Source: Nematostella vectensis (lineage: Eukaryota). Taken from it: 64,000 nt of DNA. The notes under the pieces were generated by a model. It was not told the DNA's origin. It saw only the letters and a program-made list of their open reading frames with translations, and ran no database searches. Shown here one piece after another: positions 22,896-33,436 of this stretch (positions are counted from its first letter, which is position 1; every line of letters starts with the position of its first letter). The stretch is taken from the NCBI RefSeq assembly GCF_932526225.1, contig NC_064047.1:1817027-1881026 (forward strand), given 5' to 3'. Both the position numbers and the translations under genes were made by a program.

Positions 22896-23789
22896 CTGTA
22901 AAAAGATAGAAAACTCATTTGATACACCCTTTTTTATAAGACTTTATAAAGAACGCCCAGCCTAAGATTTCATCAAATTCTCAGAACATGCTTAGAACAT
23001 GTCGAGACAGTAACAAAATAGTATTTTGTTAGCATGTGGCTGTTATTGTTGTTATTGATCATGTGTGTAATTTTCTTTCTAGAATAATAGATATAAAATA
23101 CCAACAAATGATACACATCGATTATGTCAAATTTAGTCGTTATTAAGACTTTTCTGACCAACCCTCGACACTCTTAATGCATGCTTAACATCCTGGGCAT
23201 TCCCTGATTTTTTAGTGGGTGGACTGGGTTAGTCAATTCCACACACTTATTGCAGCAATTATTATTTTTCTTTTTCTAAAAAATCAATCAACCACATCAT
23301 AATCTTGGCAAGTTAGGCCTTTTCGGCAGAAAGCATTTTTAATTAAAAGAAAAGACTAAAGATTTGTCTGTACCAAAATAAATAATCTGCTAGTTCATTA
23401 GTTTATTAAATTTAAATTTTCTTCTTTTCGTTAACTTATCACAGGCGTAAAAGGCGCTTTAAAAACCAAATTGGGATTTATATTACAAGCGCAATATTGC
23501 GCAGATATACACTGCGAAAAACAGTAGTAATGAGATATAAATAATCAGAGGTGTCGAGTGATTGATCTAGAAAAAGTTTTGATCAAATGACTTAACAAAA
23601 CTCTGTTTTGATTAAACCTGTCGATCTTATTTCTCGAGTATCAGGCGGATGGTGAAAAATACATTTACTTAGCCTTTTCAGTTTCCGTGTTAGTTATCAA
23701 GAGTGGAAAGGGAATATTATTCGCTGTGTTCCTGAGAAAGACCTTTTAAAGACCCTCTGGTATTCGGTACACCAAGCAAAAATAATGGT

Positions 23790-24560
23790 AAATAAATAAG
23801 TCCACTCCCTCGCAGCCTACAAAAACCACTCGAACTATACAAGGCGTCGAGGGTATACTTATTGTGATCGTTAACTCGCTGGCGCTCGCTGATTTCCTGA
23901 GCAAGACTTTTCGCGTCAAGAAGTCGACTTATCTTCTCGTCATCCTGGCCGTGGCGGATCTGATGGTCGGGCAAAGCCTTACCATGGACTCCCTCTCAAC
24001 ATTAACAAAAGGGGTTGGCGCCGAGGAAGCCCGTATTTCATTCTATGTTATGAAGGTTTCGGTGAACGCGTCGCTGTTCTCGTCCACCTTCATAGCAATA
24101 GAAAGATCCTACGCCGTCCTGGTACCCTTTAGACATCGCCTTCTTACAAGCAAGCCGTACGGCGTAGCGATAACCTTGGTCTGGGTCCTGGCAATCATAA
24201 CCGAATTGTATAATGTACTTTAAAGGTCATTCCATCAAATCTTGACAGAGAAGGGTAAAATACTCTCCACAGTCAAAACAGGCCTGGCCCTCATTTCGTT
24301 AAAAGTAAAGTTCAGTTGCTATCTCGCTACTTGGTGCAGGGTGAAGTTTACTGTAAATCCAACAGCAGGGAGAGACAGCTCGTGAAATACAAACAAACTA
24401 ACGCAAACTTTATTCGTTACAACATTGGTGTCGTTTCTGCTGTTCTTTCCGTTGGCAATTGGTATTTTGTAATATGAATGGTAGAGGTTAAGGTGTCCCT
24501 TCTCGTAAACTTAGCGTGTCTTATGTACTTTAACTCCGCCGTTAACGTTCTGGTGTACTC
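23790..24560 (+). pseudogene. Intronless class-A (rhodopsin-like) GPCR pseudogene fragment inside an ASCC3 intron
   Basis: TM2 LAVADLMVG, TM3 IAIERSYAVLVPFRHR (an E/DRY-type motif), TM6 FLLFFPLAIGIL and TM7 NSAVNVLVY (NPxxY with P replaced by V) are recognisable. TM6 and TM7 lie in different frames separated by in-frame stops. No TM5 was found, and the N-terminus is truncated by a stop. Confidence 0.55.
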
Positions 24561-24989
24561 CCTGCGAATGGAAGAGTTCAAGAGGGAGGCGAAGAGGATC
24601 CTTAGGTGTGCTACCCTTAGCAAAGATTGCAAGTTTCATTCCTGCCGTCTGCAACAAGTGAAGAATACAATCACGAACACACTAGACAGGACAAACCTGT
24701 ACGACAAACGACGAAGAAAGGTGAAACCTCGACAGCCTTGGATACTGTTCCATCGACTAGACAAGACAACCTGACATTTACTGCATACAACGATTGGTAA
24801 GTCAACTTGAAAACAATGACTTTTTCATCCTCGGGAACCCAGGGCGTCGAGGCCACAGGCGCATGAGCGTGTCGGAACATGGCCGGCAGAGGGGTAGGGG
24901 ATAGTAGGCGGGAGAGAAGCGTTATCGCGCCTTCTTTCGCTGCCCTCAACGTCCTGGGTACCCGAGGATGTGACTTTTTCACTCAACTG

Positions 24990-25570
24990 TGTGCAAGACA
25001 CTTTCTGGCTTTAGCAGACCCAAGACAGTGGCGAGACCTTGAAGAGCGTGAGGAATGTGCCATCGACTAACCATGACAACTCTTGTTATTTACGATATGA
25101 CAAACAACGAAGGAGGTGTAACCTCGAACACCATGAGGAATGTGCCATCGACTAACCATGACAACTCTTGTAATTTACGATATGACAAACAACAAAGGAA
25201 GGTGTAACCTCGATCACCATGAGGAATGTGCCATCGACTAACAATGACAACTCTTGTTATTTACGATATGACAAACAGCGAAGGAAGGTGTAACCTCGAA
25301 CACCATGAGGAATGTGCCATCGACTAACCATGACAACTCCTGTAAGTCACGATACGACAAACAACGAAGGAAGGTGGAACCTCGAACACCATGAGGAATG
25401 TGCCATCGACTAACCATGACAACTCTTGTAATTTACGATACGACAAACAACGAAGGAAGGTGTAACCTCGAACACCATGAGGAATGTGCCATCGACTAAC
25501 CATGACAACTCTTGTAAGTCACGATACGACAAACAACGAAGGAAGGTGGAACCTCGAAAACCATGAATAC
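24990..25570. repeat. About 60-bp minisatellite (about 9 copies) derived from the 3' end of the adjacent GPCR pseudogene
   Basis: The unit gaatgtgccatcgactaaccatgacaactcttgt...acgacaaacaacgaaggaaggtgtaacctcga resembles 24700-24780 (…gacaaacgacgaagaaaggtgaaacctcgac…ccatcgactagacaagacaacct). Confidence 0.6.
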
Positions 25571-26279
25571 TGTACGGTAGATTGAACAAGGCAACCCATA
25601 TCACCTACAGCAAAAAAGAAAAAAATGGTGGTGGCTCGTATCTTGAAAAATATAGAAGTAATGTGATATCAACTACCAAAGGCAGTAAAACCTACATACA
25701 TACATACACAGAGGATAATCAACTAGGCAGATAGAGAAAATCCCTGCCGTTTACAGCGAGCAACAAAGGAAGAAGAAACCTCGAAGCAGTGATGGGTGTT
25801 TTGTTATCAGGTAAATAGACTAGAGGCACAACCGAACTGAATAAATGCTGCACATTAGCTCTACTACAGCTGGTTACAGAAGTCAGGGGTGGCAAGTACT
25901 CGATGATTTTCATAAAACTAGTCGAACAGGGTGAATGTAATTAACCCCTTATTATTATTCCCAGAATTTTGCCACACTACCTGAGGTCTGATTAAAACAG
26001 ATTTTAAGGCGATTTGCGCAAAATCAGAATCAGAATCGCTTGCTTTTGTCACTATGACATAATGACAGCGGTGAAAAGGTTTTCACTTCGACACACACGT
26101 CAAACCGTTATGAAATATTTTATGAACTAGTATAATAAACAGGGTATTATATCCTGAAAGCAACGGCATTAGACTGTAGTAAGTAATGAAAGAAATCAAA
26201 AAAACAATAGATCTTGTTATCGCTTTTGTTTCAAAGTTCTTTTTGATTTTTTTGAAGAAAGCGGCTCTGATCCACGGGT

Positions 26280-27071
26280 ATGTTGCCAACCCCCATCTCG
26301 CCTTCCGCTTCCTCTTTCCTGCTTCATTCCTCCACTTATCCCTCAGCTATACAGGTCCAGGTACTTGACGGCAGGTTGACGCCCAAAGCCAGACTGCCCC
26401 CCTCTTCCACCCTTCCACTCCCTTTGTCTCCCTCCAACCCCTTACACCCATCCATAGCAGACCAGTGCCTTGATGATGTCAGTGTATAAGACGACACTTC
26501 AACCCAGAGAGACGTTCAAACCCTCCCCCCTCCCTCACATCCCTTCCAAGCGTTTCACCTCTCCTGCCTAGAGGAAGGTTAAGAGTCTAAAGAGTCGATA
26601 CCTTTGATGACAGCATGTAAAAAGAGAGAGATGCTTCAAGCCAGAGACACTAACCTATCCCCCCACCCACCCATCCCTCGCCAATGTTTTATCTCCCAAC
26701 TGTACTTTGTGCGTCAGCGAAGAGGCCCCAACAAGACCCCAACTTCTCCATCTCTTATTTCCTTTTTTTTGTACTTAAGATCAGTACCTTAATAATGACG
26801 GTGAAGTGGGTAAGACGGGGCTGACGCTTCAAGCCTGATAGACGGCCACAGCTCCCCCCGTACCATCCCATCAGCATTTCACCTTCCTCATCTTTCCAAA
26901 CATAAAAGTCTGTGAACTGGGAGTCTGTGAACTGGGAGATCGACGCCCTAACATGACATTCCGTCCCTGCCCCCATTTTTCTCCCTTCCTCTCTCTTCCA
27001 ACAAAAACCTTCCTCCCTCTCTTCCTGGCTCCACTATCCCCACCCCTCCCTCACATGTATAGGATCAGTAC
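26280..27071. repeat. Degenerate, irregular (145-270 bp) tandem copies of the ASCC3 exon-12 donor junction (minus strand ..CGTCATTATCAAG|GTACTGATC), each preceded by a CT/proline-codon-rich stretch
   Basis: Copies at about 26470 (CATCAAG|GCACTG), 26615 (CATCAAAG|GTATCG), 26805 (CATTATTAAG|GTACTGATC) and the real donor at 27071/72. Confidence 0.5.
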
Positions 27072-27263
27072 CTTGATAATGACGGCGTGTGCAGGAAGGT
27101 TAACGCCCCAAGCAAGGGTCGCGGTACACACAAGCACCTTGATGAGTCCCTTAGCGAAGTACTGCTCGACCATCGTGCGATCCGTGCGAAGCATGCCAGC
27201 GTGATGAGTACCGAAGCCGTCAGGAAACAAGTCCCGCAGTTGCTTGTTACGAGACCTCATGAC
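27072..27263 (-). CDS. ASCC3: ASCC3 exon 12, helicase C ([64 protein letters not shown])
   Basis: The HHAGM and [13 protein letters not shown] motifs (helicase motifs V/VI) are present. Donor AAG|GTACTG. Confidence 0.85.
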
Positions 27264-27642
27264 CTGTCAATCAAGCATGCCAATCACAAGCCAAGTAATA
27301 ACTTCCCCAACACTAGCCAAACACATGACAATCAGCAACTTGCACTAGCAGATCACCTGACTTTTTGGGTTGTAACAAAGCGCGGGCTCAGGCTTTTAGT
27401 GGCAAAATACAACAATAAAAAGCAACTTATTTAGCGCTAACGTATAAGCCAGAGAGTTTATTTGTCAGAAAGGGTTTATTTTTATTTAAAGATTTTATTT
27501 TATCGTCGTTCTCTGGCGTGAAGGGCAAAGTCATTTCGTCGTTTTTTTGGGTTGAATTTGTCACTCATGAGGTAACGTGATTAGTTAGCGCAAGTCGCGG
27601 CGATGCTCTGTTTTAGCGCGATAAAATTAAGTGATACAGTAC

Positions 27643-27777
27643 CTGCTTGAGGGCGCTACCGTAGTCTGGGGCCTGCTCTGCCCTGAAGAGCATGGAGTCC
27701 CCCTGATTGGAAGCCATCTCTCTTAACGTCATGGCCGTCCGCACGGTGGCATTTCTAGCATGAACAAACACCATGAC
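27643..27777 (-). CDS. ASCC3: ASCC3 exon 11 (VMVFVHARNATVRTAMTLREMASNQGDSMLFRAEQAPDYGSALKQ)
   Basis: The VMVFVHARNATVRTA motif is conserved. Acceptor tctcttcag| and donor CAG|GTACTG. Confidence 0.85.
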
Positions 27778-27960
27778 CTGAAGAGACAAATAAATAATTA
27801 TAGAACGAACAAACACCATGACCTGAAGAGACAAATAATTCTAGCATGAACAAACACCCTGACCTGAAGAGACAAATAAATAATTATAGAACGAACAAAC
27901 ACCATGACCTGAAGAGACAAATAAATAATTATAGAACGAACAAACACAAACCTGAAAAGA
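27778..27960. repeat. 45-bp tandem repeat (about 4 copies) duplicating the ASCC3 exon-11 acceptor (minus strand ctataattatttatttgtctcttcag|GTCATGGTGTTTGTTC)
   Basis: Direct reading. Each unit has a full polypyrimidine-AG acceptor plus the first 16 exon nt. Confidence 0.85.
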
Positions 27961-28125
27961 TAAATGACTACGTAGATACCATTTTCGTAATCATCACTAC
28001 AATAATTATCATTATGATCACCGTCATCAAAATCGTTTTCTTGTATTCAGATCAGTATGTTTCCGGTATTTTCAGAACAATCACCGTCATGATGATCATC
28101 ATCGACGTGATCATGAACATTACCG

Positions 28126-28129
<4 letters not shown>

Positions 28130-28163
<34 letters not shown>

Positions 28164-28422
28164 CATTATCATTATCATTATCATTATCATTATCATTATC
28201 ATTATCATTATCATTATCATTATCATTATCATTATCATTATCATTATCATTATCATTATCATTATCATTATCATTATCATTATCATTATCATTATCATTA
28301 TCATTATCATTATCATTATCATTATCATTATCATTATCATTATCATTATCATTATCATTATCATTATCATTATCATTATCATTATCATTATCATTATCAT
28401 TATCATTATCATTATCATTATC

Positions 28423-28460
<38 letters not shown>
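28130..28460. repeat. (ATTATC)n hexanucleotide microsatellite, about 55 units, flanked by ATC/ATG-rich low-complexity sequence (27960-28530)
   Basis: Direct reading. Confidence 0.95.
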
Positions 28461-28469
<9 letters not shown>

Positions 28470-28559
28470 CGTCCTTGCTATCGTAATCATTATTGTTAAC
28501 ATTATTATCAACATTGTCGCCATCTTCAAGCGCAGATCAATTCCACCTGTTTACGTAAA

Positions 28560-28930
28560 CAGGTCAAAAGGTTTAGATTTATAACATTAAGAATGAGCTG
28601 CAAGTCTTGATTCTGTTAGTTAAGGCGACAGTGTTCAGCCTAAAAGAGGTCAGAAATTTTCGTAAACAAGTCAGAACTTTTAGTAAACAGCTCAGAATTT
28701 TTCGTAACAGCTCAAAAGTTTTCGTAACAGAACTTTTCGTAAACAGGACAGAACTTTTCGTAACAGGACAGAATTTTTTGTAAACAGGTCAGAATTTTTC
28801 GTAATAAGGACAGACCTTTTCGTAACAGGTCAGAGTTTTTCGTAACAGGTCAGAATTGTTCGTAAACAGGTCAGACATTTTCGTAAACATGTCAGAACTT
28901 TTCATAAACAGTTCAGAAGTTTTCGTTAAT
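28560..28930. repeat. About 30-bp minisatellite (TTTTCGTAAACAGGTCAGAA), about 11 copies
   Basis: Direct reading. It is not junction-derived. Confidence 0.8.
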
Positions 28931-28994
28931 ATGTCTGAATTTTTCCTGGACCCGCGCCGTCATTTTCTTGGAACTGTAGAATTGCCTGCTATAC

Positions 28995-29243
28995 CTGGTA
29001 GCCCTTCTCCACGTTTTCTGTGACCTTCTCATAGCAGATCTTATCCATCTCGTGCGCTTGCTGGAACGGGTTCAGCCCTTTCACCCCGATGAACGTCTGT
29101 CCGAGGGGGACTGGGCGAAAACGTGAGTCGAAGGCGAAAAGACCTTTGTACGGGTCCACCCTTAGGAAGTGTGCGACGTCCAGATAGTTAGGGAGAGTAG
29201 CAGACAGTCCGACAATGCGAATCATGGACTGCGAGGATAACAC
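28995..29243 (-). CDS. ASCC3: ASCC3 exon 10 (VLSSQSMIRIVGLSATLPNYLDVAHFLRVDPYKGLFAFDSRFRPVPLGQTFIGVKGLNPFQQAHEMDKICYEKVTENVEKGYQ)
   Basis: Helicase motif III (SAT) is present. Acceptor attgtag| and donor CAG|GTATAG. Confidence 0.85.
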
Positions 29244-30400
29244 CTACAATACATATTAAGATAAATTCCAACAGATGGTTAGGAAGAGTGGCAGATAGGC
29301 CGACAATGCAAATCCTAGACTGTGAGGACAAAACCTACAATACATATTAAGATAAATTCCAACAGACGGTTAGGGAGAGTGGCAGATAGGCCGACAATGC
29401 AAATCCTAGACTGTGAGGACAAAACCTACAATACATATTAAGATAAATTCCAACAGATGGTTAGGGAGAGTGGCAGATAGGCCGACAATGCAAATCCTAG
29501 ACTGTGAGGACAAAACCTACAATACATATTAAGATAAATTCCAACAGATGGTTAGGGAGAGTGGCAGATAGGCCGACAATGCAAATCCTAGACTGTGAGG
29601 ACAAAACCTACAATACATATTAAGATAAATTCCAACAGATGGTTAGGGAGAGTGGCAGATAGGCCGACAATGCAAATCCTAGACTGTGAGGACAAAACCT
29701 ACAATACATATTAAGATAAATTCCAACAGATGGTTAGGGAGAGTGGCAGATAGGCCGACAATGCAAATCCTAGACTGTGAGGACAAAACCTACAATACAT
29801 ATTAAGATAAATTCCAACAGATGGTTAGGGACAGTGGCAGATAGGCCGACAATGCAAATCCTAGACTGTGAGGACAAAACCTACAATACATATTAAGATA
29901 AATTCCAACAGATGGTTAGGGAGAGTGGCAGATAGGCCGACAATGCAAATCCTAGACTGTGAGGACAAAACCTACAATACATATTAAGATAAATTCCAAC
30001 AGATGGTTAGGGAGAGTGGCAGATAGGCCGACAATGCAAATCCTAGACTGTGAGGACAAAACCTACAATACATATTAAGATAAATTCCAACAGATGGTTA
30101 GGGAGAGTGGCAGATAGGCCGACAATGCAAATCCTAGACTGTGAGGACAAAACCTACAATACATATTAAGATAAATTCCAACAGATGGTTAGGGAGAGTG
30201 GCAGATAGGCCGACAATGCAAATCCTAGACTGTGAGGACAAAACCTACAATACATATTAAGATAAATTCCAACAGATGGTTAGGGACAGTGGCAGATAGG
30301 CCGACAATGCAAATCCTAGACTGTGAGGACAAAACCTACAATACATATTAAGATAAATTCCAACAGATGGTTAGGGAGAGTGGCAGATGGCCGACAAGGC
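29244..30400. repeat. 90-bp minisatellite (about 13 copies) built from the ASCC3 exon-10 acceptor junction (minus strand tatgtattgtag|GTTTTGTCCTCACAGTCTAGGATTTGCATTGTCGGCCTATCTGCCACTCTCCCTAACCATCTG)
   Basis: Unit = the last about 27 nt of the intron including the acceptor, plus about 63 nt homologous to the exon start (real: GTGTTATCCTCGCAGTCCATGATTCGCATTGTCGGACTGTCTGCTACTCTCCCTAACTATCTG). Confidence 0.85.
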
Positions 30401-30599
30401 AAATATTAAACATCCTCTGTCTTAGCCATTTTATCATCCTAGCAAAGCACCACTTTTATCGGCTAAATAAGGGGAATTAATGTCATATTTTAGATTGAAT
30501 TTGTTAAATAAAGAATCAAACTTTGTTTTTAGATGGCCTCTAGATGTCTTACTAACACATGAGAGATTAGCGAACAGCAAAACAAATAATGCAACGTCC

Positions 30600-30790
30600 T
30601 TGCTTAAAGCCTCAGGGATACTCGGGTTTTGCTCGGAAATGCCGATGATTTCCTGTTGTAACGTCCTCGCTATAAAAAGCCTCAGGGCTTTTCGGGATTT
30701 ACTCGGAAATGCCGATGATTACCTGTCGTAACGTCCTCGCTAAAAAGTCTCGGGACTAATCAGGGTTTACTCGGAAATGGCGATGATTAC
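30600..30790. repeat. 60-bp tandem copies (about 3 copies) of the ASCC3 exon-9 donor junction (minus strand GCGAGGACATTACGACAG|GTAATCATCGCCATTTCCGAG)
   Basis: Direct reading. One copy has its donor mutated to GAAATC. Confidence 0.8.
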
Positions 30791-30955
30791 CTGTCGTAAT
30801 GTCCTCGCCACAAGGCACTCAATGACGGAGCCACGGTCATCATGCAGCAAATGAACCTCGTCAATGATGAGTAGCTTGACAAGCTGAGCCAGCGCTACAT
30901 CTCCAGTGGACTTACGTGTGACAACATCCCACTTTTCCGGGGTAGTGACAAGCAT
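30791..30955 (-). CDS. ASCC3: ASCC3 exon 9, containing the DEVH box ([55 protein letters not shown])
   Basis: The DEVH motif and a TTPEKWD motif are present. Acceptor tgtcgcag| and donor CAG|GTAATC. Confidence 0.85.
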
Positions 30956-31103
30956 CTGCGACAGATCACGTGATTAGAGTGCTTGTCAATGGTTTTTGGA
31001 AAGCCTGAAAAATCAGGATTTGAAGAGGAGAATAGTATAATATGAAAGAGAGATGTAGACAATGTTTACATCTCTCATGACTAAAAAGGACGCTTGGTTA
31101 TAC

Positions 31104-31244
31104 CTGGGTTTTAAGGATTTCCATCTTCGTGAGCTGCATGTCGCCCGTAAGTTCCCGCACGGAAATCCCGAGACCCGCAAGCCTCTTACTGAAGTTGCGT
31201 ACCATCTCTGCAGCCAGAGCCTTCATGGGGGCTACATACACGAT
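31104..31244 (-). CDS. ASCC3: ASCC3 exon 8 ([47 protein letters not shown])
   Basis: Helicase motif Ia region. Acceptor tttcaccag| and donor CAG|GTATAA. Confidence 0.85.
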
Positions 31245-31570
31245 CTGGTGAAAAGGAAGGAATATATATTATATAATAATAAATAGTTTGTCACCATCAT
31301 AATTATTATCACCATCATCATCATCAAAACAAGAGGGGACTTGCGCTAAGAGATCACGTGACCTTTCTGAGTGGCAAATTCAAACCAAAATAATCACAGA
31401 AAATTCTTGGCTTTTCTGGTAAGCAAAGGATGAGCTTTTTGTTGCTTTTATTTTGCTGCTAAAGGCCTGAGCACTCGCTAGTTTGCCACCCAAAAAGTCA
31501 CGTGAACTATTAGCGCCCTATTGGCATCAAGGTAACAAAAAACACTATCAGTACCATGACCATGCGATAC

Positions 31571-31771
31571 CTTGAATTTATCTTTCTTGATGACCCCTTG
31601 TTCGATGTTCTGCTTGATCTCGCGCACGATTGTCATCATGGCGATGTTCGTCTTACCCGCGCCCGTGGGCGCACAGATCAGCAGGTTCTCATTGGTATTG
31701 TATGCGCTGTCATACACGATGGACTGAATCCTGTTTAGAGACTTTGTTCCTTGGAAGGCAATCTGACCGAT
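31571..31771 (-). CDS. ASCC3: ASCC3 exon 7: first DEAD-box cassette with the Walker A motif (IGQIAFQGTKSLNRIQSIVYDSAYNTNENLLICAPTGAGKTNIAMMTIVREIKQNIEQGVIKKDKFK)
   Basis: The APTGAGKT P-loop is present and the exon is near-identical to ASCC3 helicase motif I. Acceptor ttttgtacag| and donor AAG|GTATCG. Confidence 0.85.
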
Positions 31772-32260
31772 CTGTACAAAATAGTACAAAACAGCATCTA
31801 GACAAGTTCTTGTAGTTGGAAGGTTACATACCAGGATGGGGTCCACAGTAGTAATTCACTGACCATGGATCAAGTAAGTTCAAATCGACATCCTTAGCTA
31901 TGGTAATAGGTTACTAGATCCATCTAGAAACTTTTTCTATCCAAATACACCCTTAGAATTGACCAATCTTCTTAACTACCAACGAGGGCGCCAACCAGAG
32001 TCGAACTCATCCCCACACATGAGCAGGGTGTGGTCTAGACCTCGGACACCCCCTCTCGGACAGGCGTCTGCATACAAGATTAGTACAATATTTGCTTTAT
32101 ACTTGTATTGGCCCTATAATCAGATTCATGAGGTAGAAATATAATTTTTTTTTATTTTAAAATGGTGTCCTCTTTATTTTAGAAACTGACAGAAAGATGT
32201 GAACATGGTTGTGAGTTTATGCTTCTTTGGAAAACAGACTTTGGAAAACACTTATCTTAC

Positions 32261-32386
32261 CTCGTCAAGTTGTGATATGGGTACCCTGTGGTCCCCAGCT
32301 CCGGGCGGGGGACCTGTGGATGGAGGTATGCTGACCTCCTCGTATGATTTGGTGATCTTACGCTTGGCATCCGTGGGAAGAGCAAT
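32261..32386 (-). CDS. ASCC3: ASCC3 exon 6 (IALPTDAKRKITKSYEEVSIPPSTGPPPGAGDHRVPISQLDE)
   Basis: Acceptor ttaccacag| and donor GAG|GTAAGA. Confidence 0.6.
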
Positions 32387-32439
32387 CTGTGGTAACGGAG
32401 CGAGTGATCATAAAGAAGTGACCAACGGAAATAAATTAA

Positions 32440-33300
32440 AACACAGAACACGTGATCACAACAGAAGAACAATTGATCACAGCACAGAAAAAAGTGGTCA
32501 CAACGCAGAACAAGTCGTCATGACTTAAACAAGTGATCACAACACAGAACACGTGATCACAACAAAAACACGTGATCACAACAAAAACAAGTAATCACAA
32601 CAGAAGAACAATTGATCAAAACACAGAACAAGTGATCACAACAGAAGAACAATTGACCACAAAGCAGAAAAAGTGATCACAACACAGAATAATTCATCAC
32701 AAAGCAGAACAAGTGATCACAGCGCAGAAAAATACATTGGGTACAGTACAGGTTTGACTAAAAATCGCGCCATTTTCAAGTAATGTCGAGCTGTAGGAAG
32801 TTTTCATCACAGAGGGATCCATTCCACTGCCCGGAAACAAGTGGGCCAATCACGGCTAACATCATTTTAGCGGATTCCCTACCAGCCAATCAGGTTTCTT
32901 TACTGTCAAATGATTTGACAATTAGCTGTCATCGTGCACCCAAGAAATTTAAACAAATTTGCGAAGTTATTGGAAGTTTTGCTACAAAATTAGACTTTAT
33001 TTACTTGTTCTTTGTCTTTTTTTCGAAAAGTGCCGATGCCACAGAATTGTTTGGGGTGTAACTGCACAAGTGATCACTGGGCAGAAAAAGTGGTCACAAC
33101 GTACAAAAAGTGGTCACAACATAAGAACAAGTGATCACAATAAAAAAAAAACAAAGAAATCAGGATAAAGAAGCAAGTGATCAACACAGACACAGTAACA
33201 AGTGATTAACACCAAGTGATTACCACAGAGAACAAGGTGATTACCAGAGAACAAGGTGATAGCAACAAGAGAACAATTGATCATGATAAATAACAAGTGC
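32440..33300. repeat. Two blocks (32440-32720, 33060-33300) of about 30-bp repeats (ACAGAACAAGTGATCACAAC) around exon 6
   Basis: Direct reading. TGATCA-centred units resembling the intron 3' end tttatgatcactcgctccgttaccacag. Confidence 0.7.
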
Positions 33301-33339
33301 ACATCACAGAGAACACAATAGAATATCCAAATTCTTTAC

Positions 33340-33436
33340 CTTAGATCCTGCCACAAAGCTGGCTCCCATCTGTCTCTCTAACATGGTGTCATATACGTGG
33401 GGGTACCTCTCAACTGGGCGCACTAGCCGTGGTCTG
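33340..33436 (-). CDS. ASCC3: ASCC3 exon 5 (S RPRLVRPVERYPHVYDTMLERQMGASFVAGSK), with a tandem NAGNAG acceptor (tag|tag|CAGACC)
   Basis: Donor AAG|GTAAAG. Either AG of the NAGNAG pair keeps the reading frame. Confidence 0.55.

Noticed and set aside
27846-28529. ORFs of 217 aa (plus) and 160 aa (minus), poly-YH / poly-IM
   Set aside because: Translation of the (ATTATC)n microsatellite.
28560-28930. Another junction-derived array at the exon-10 donor
   Set aside because: The unit (TTTTCGTAAACAGGTCAGAA) does not align to the exon end or to the real donor. It is an ordinary intronic minisatellite.
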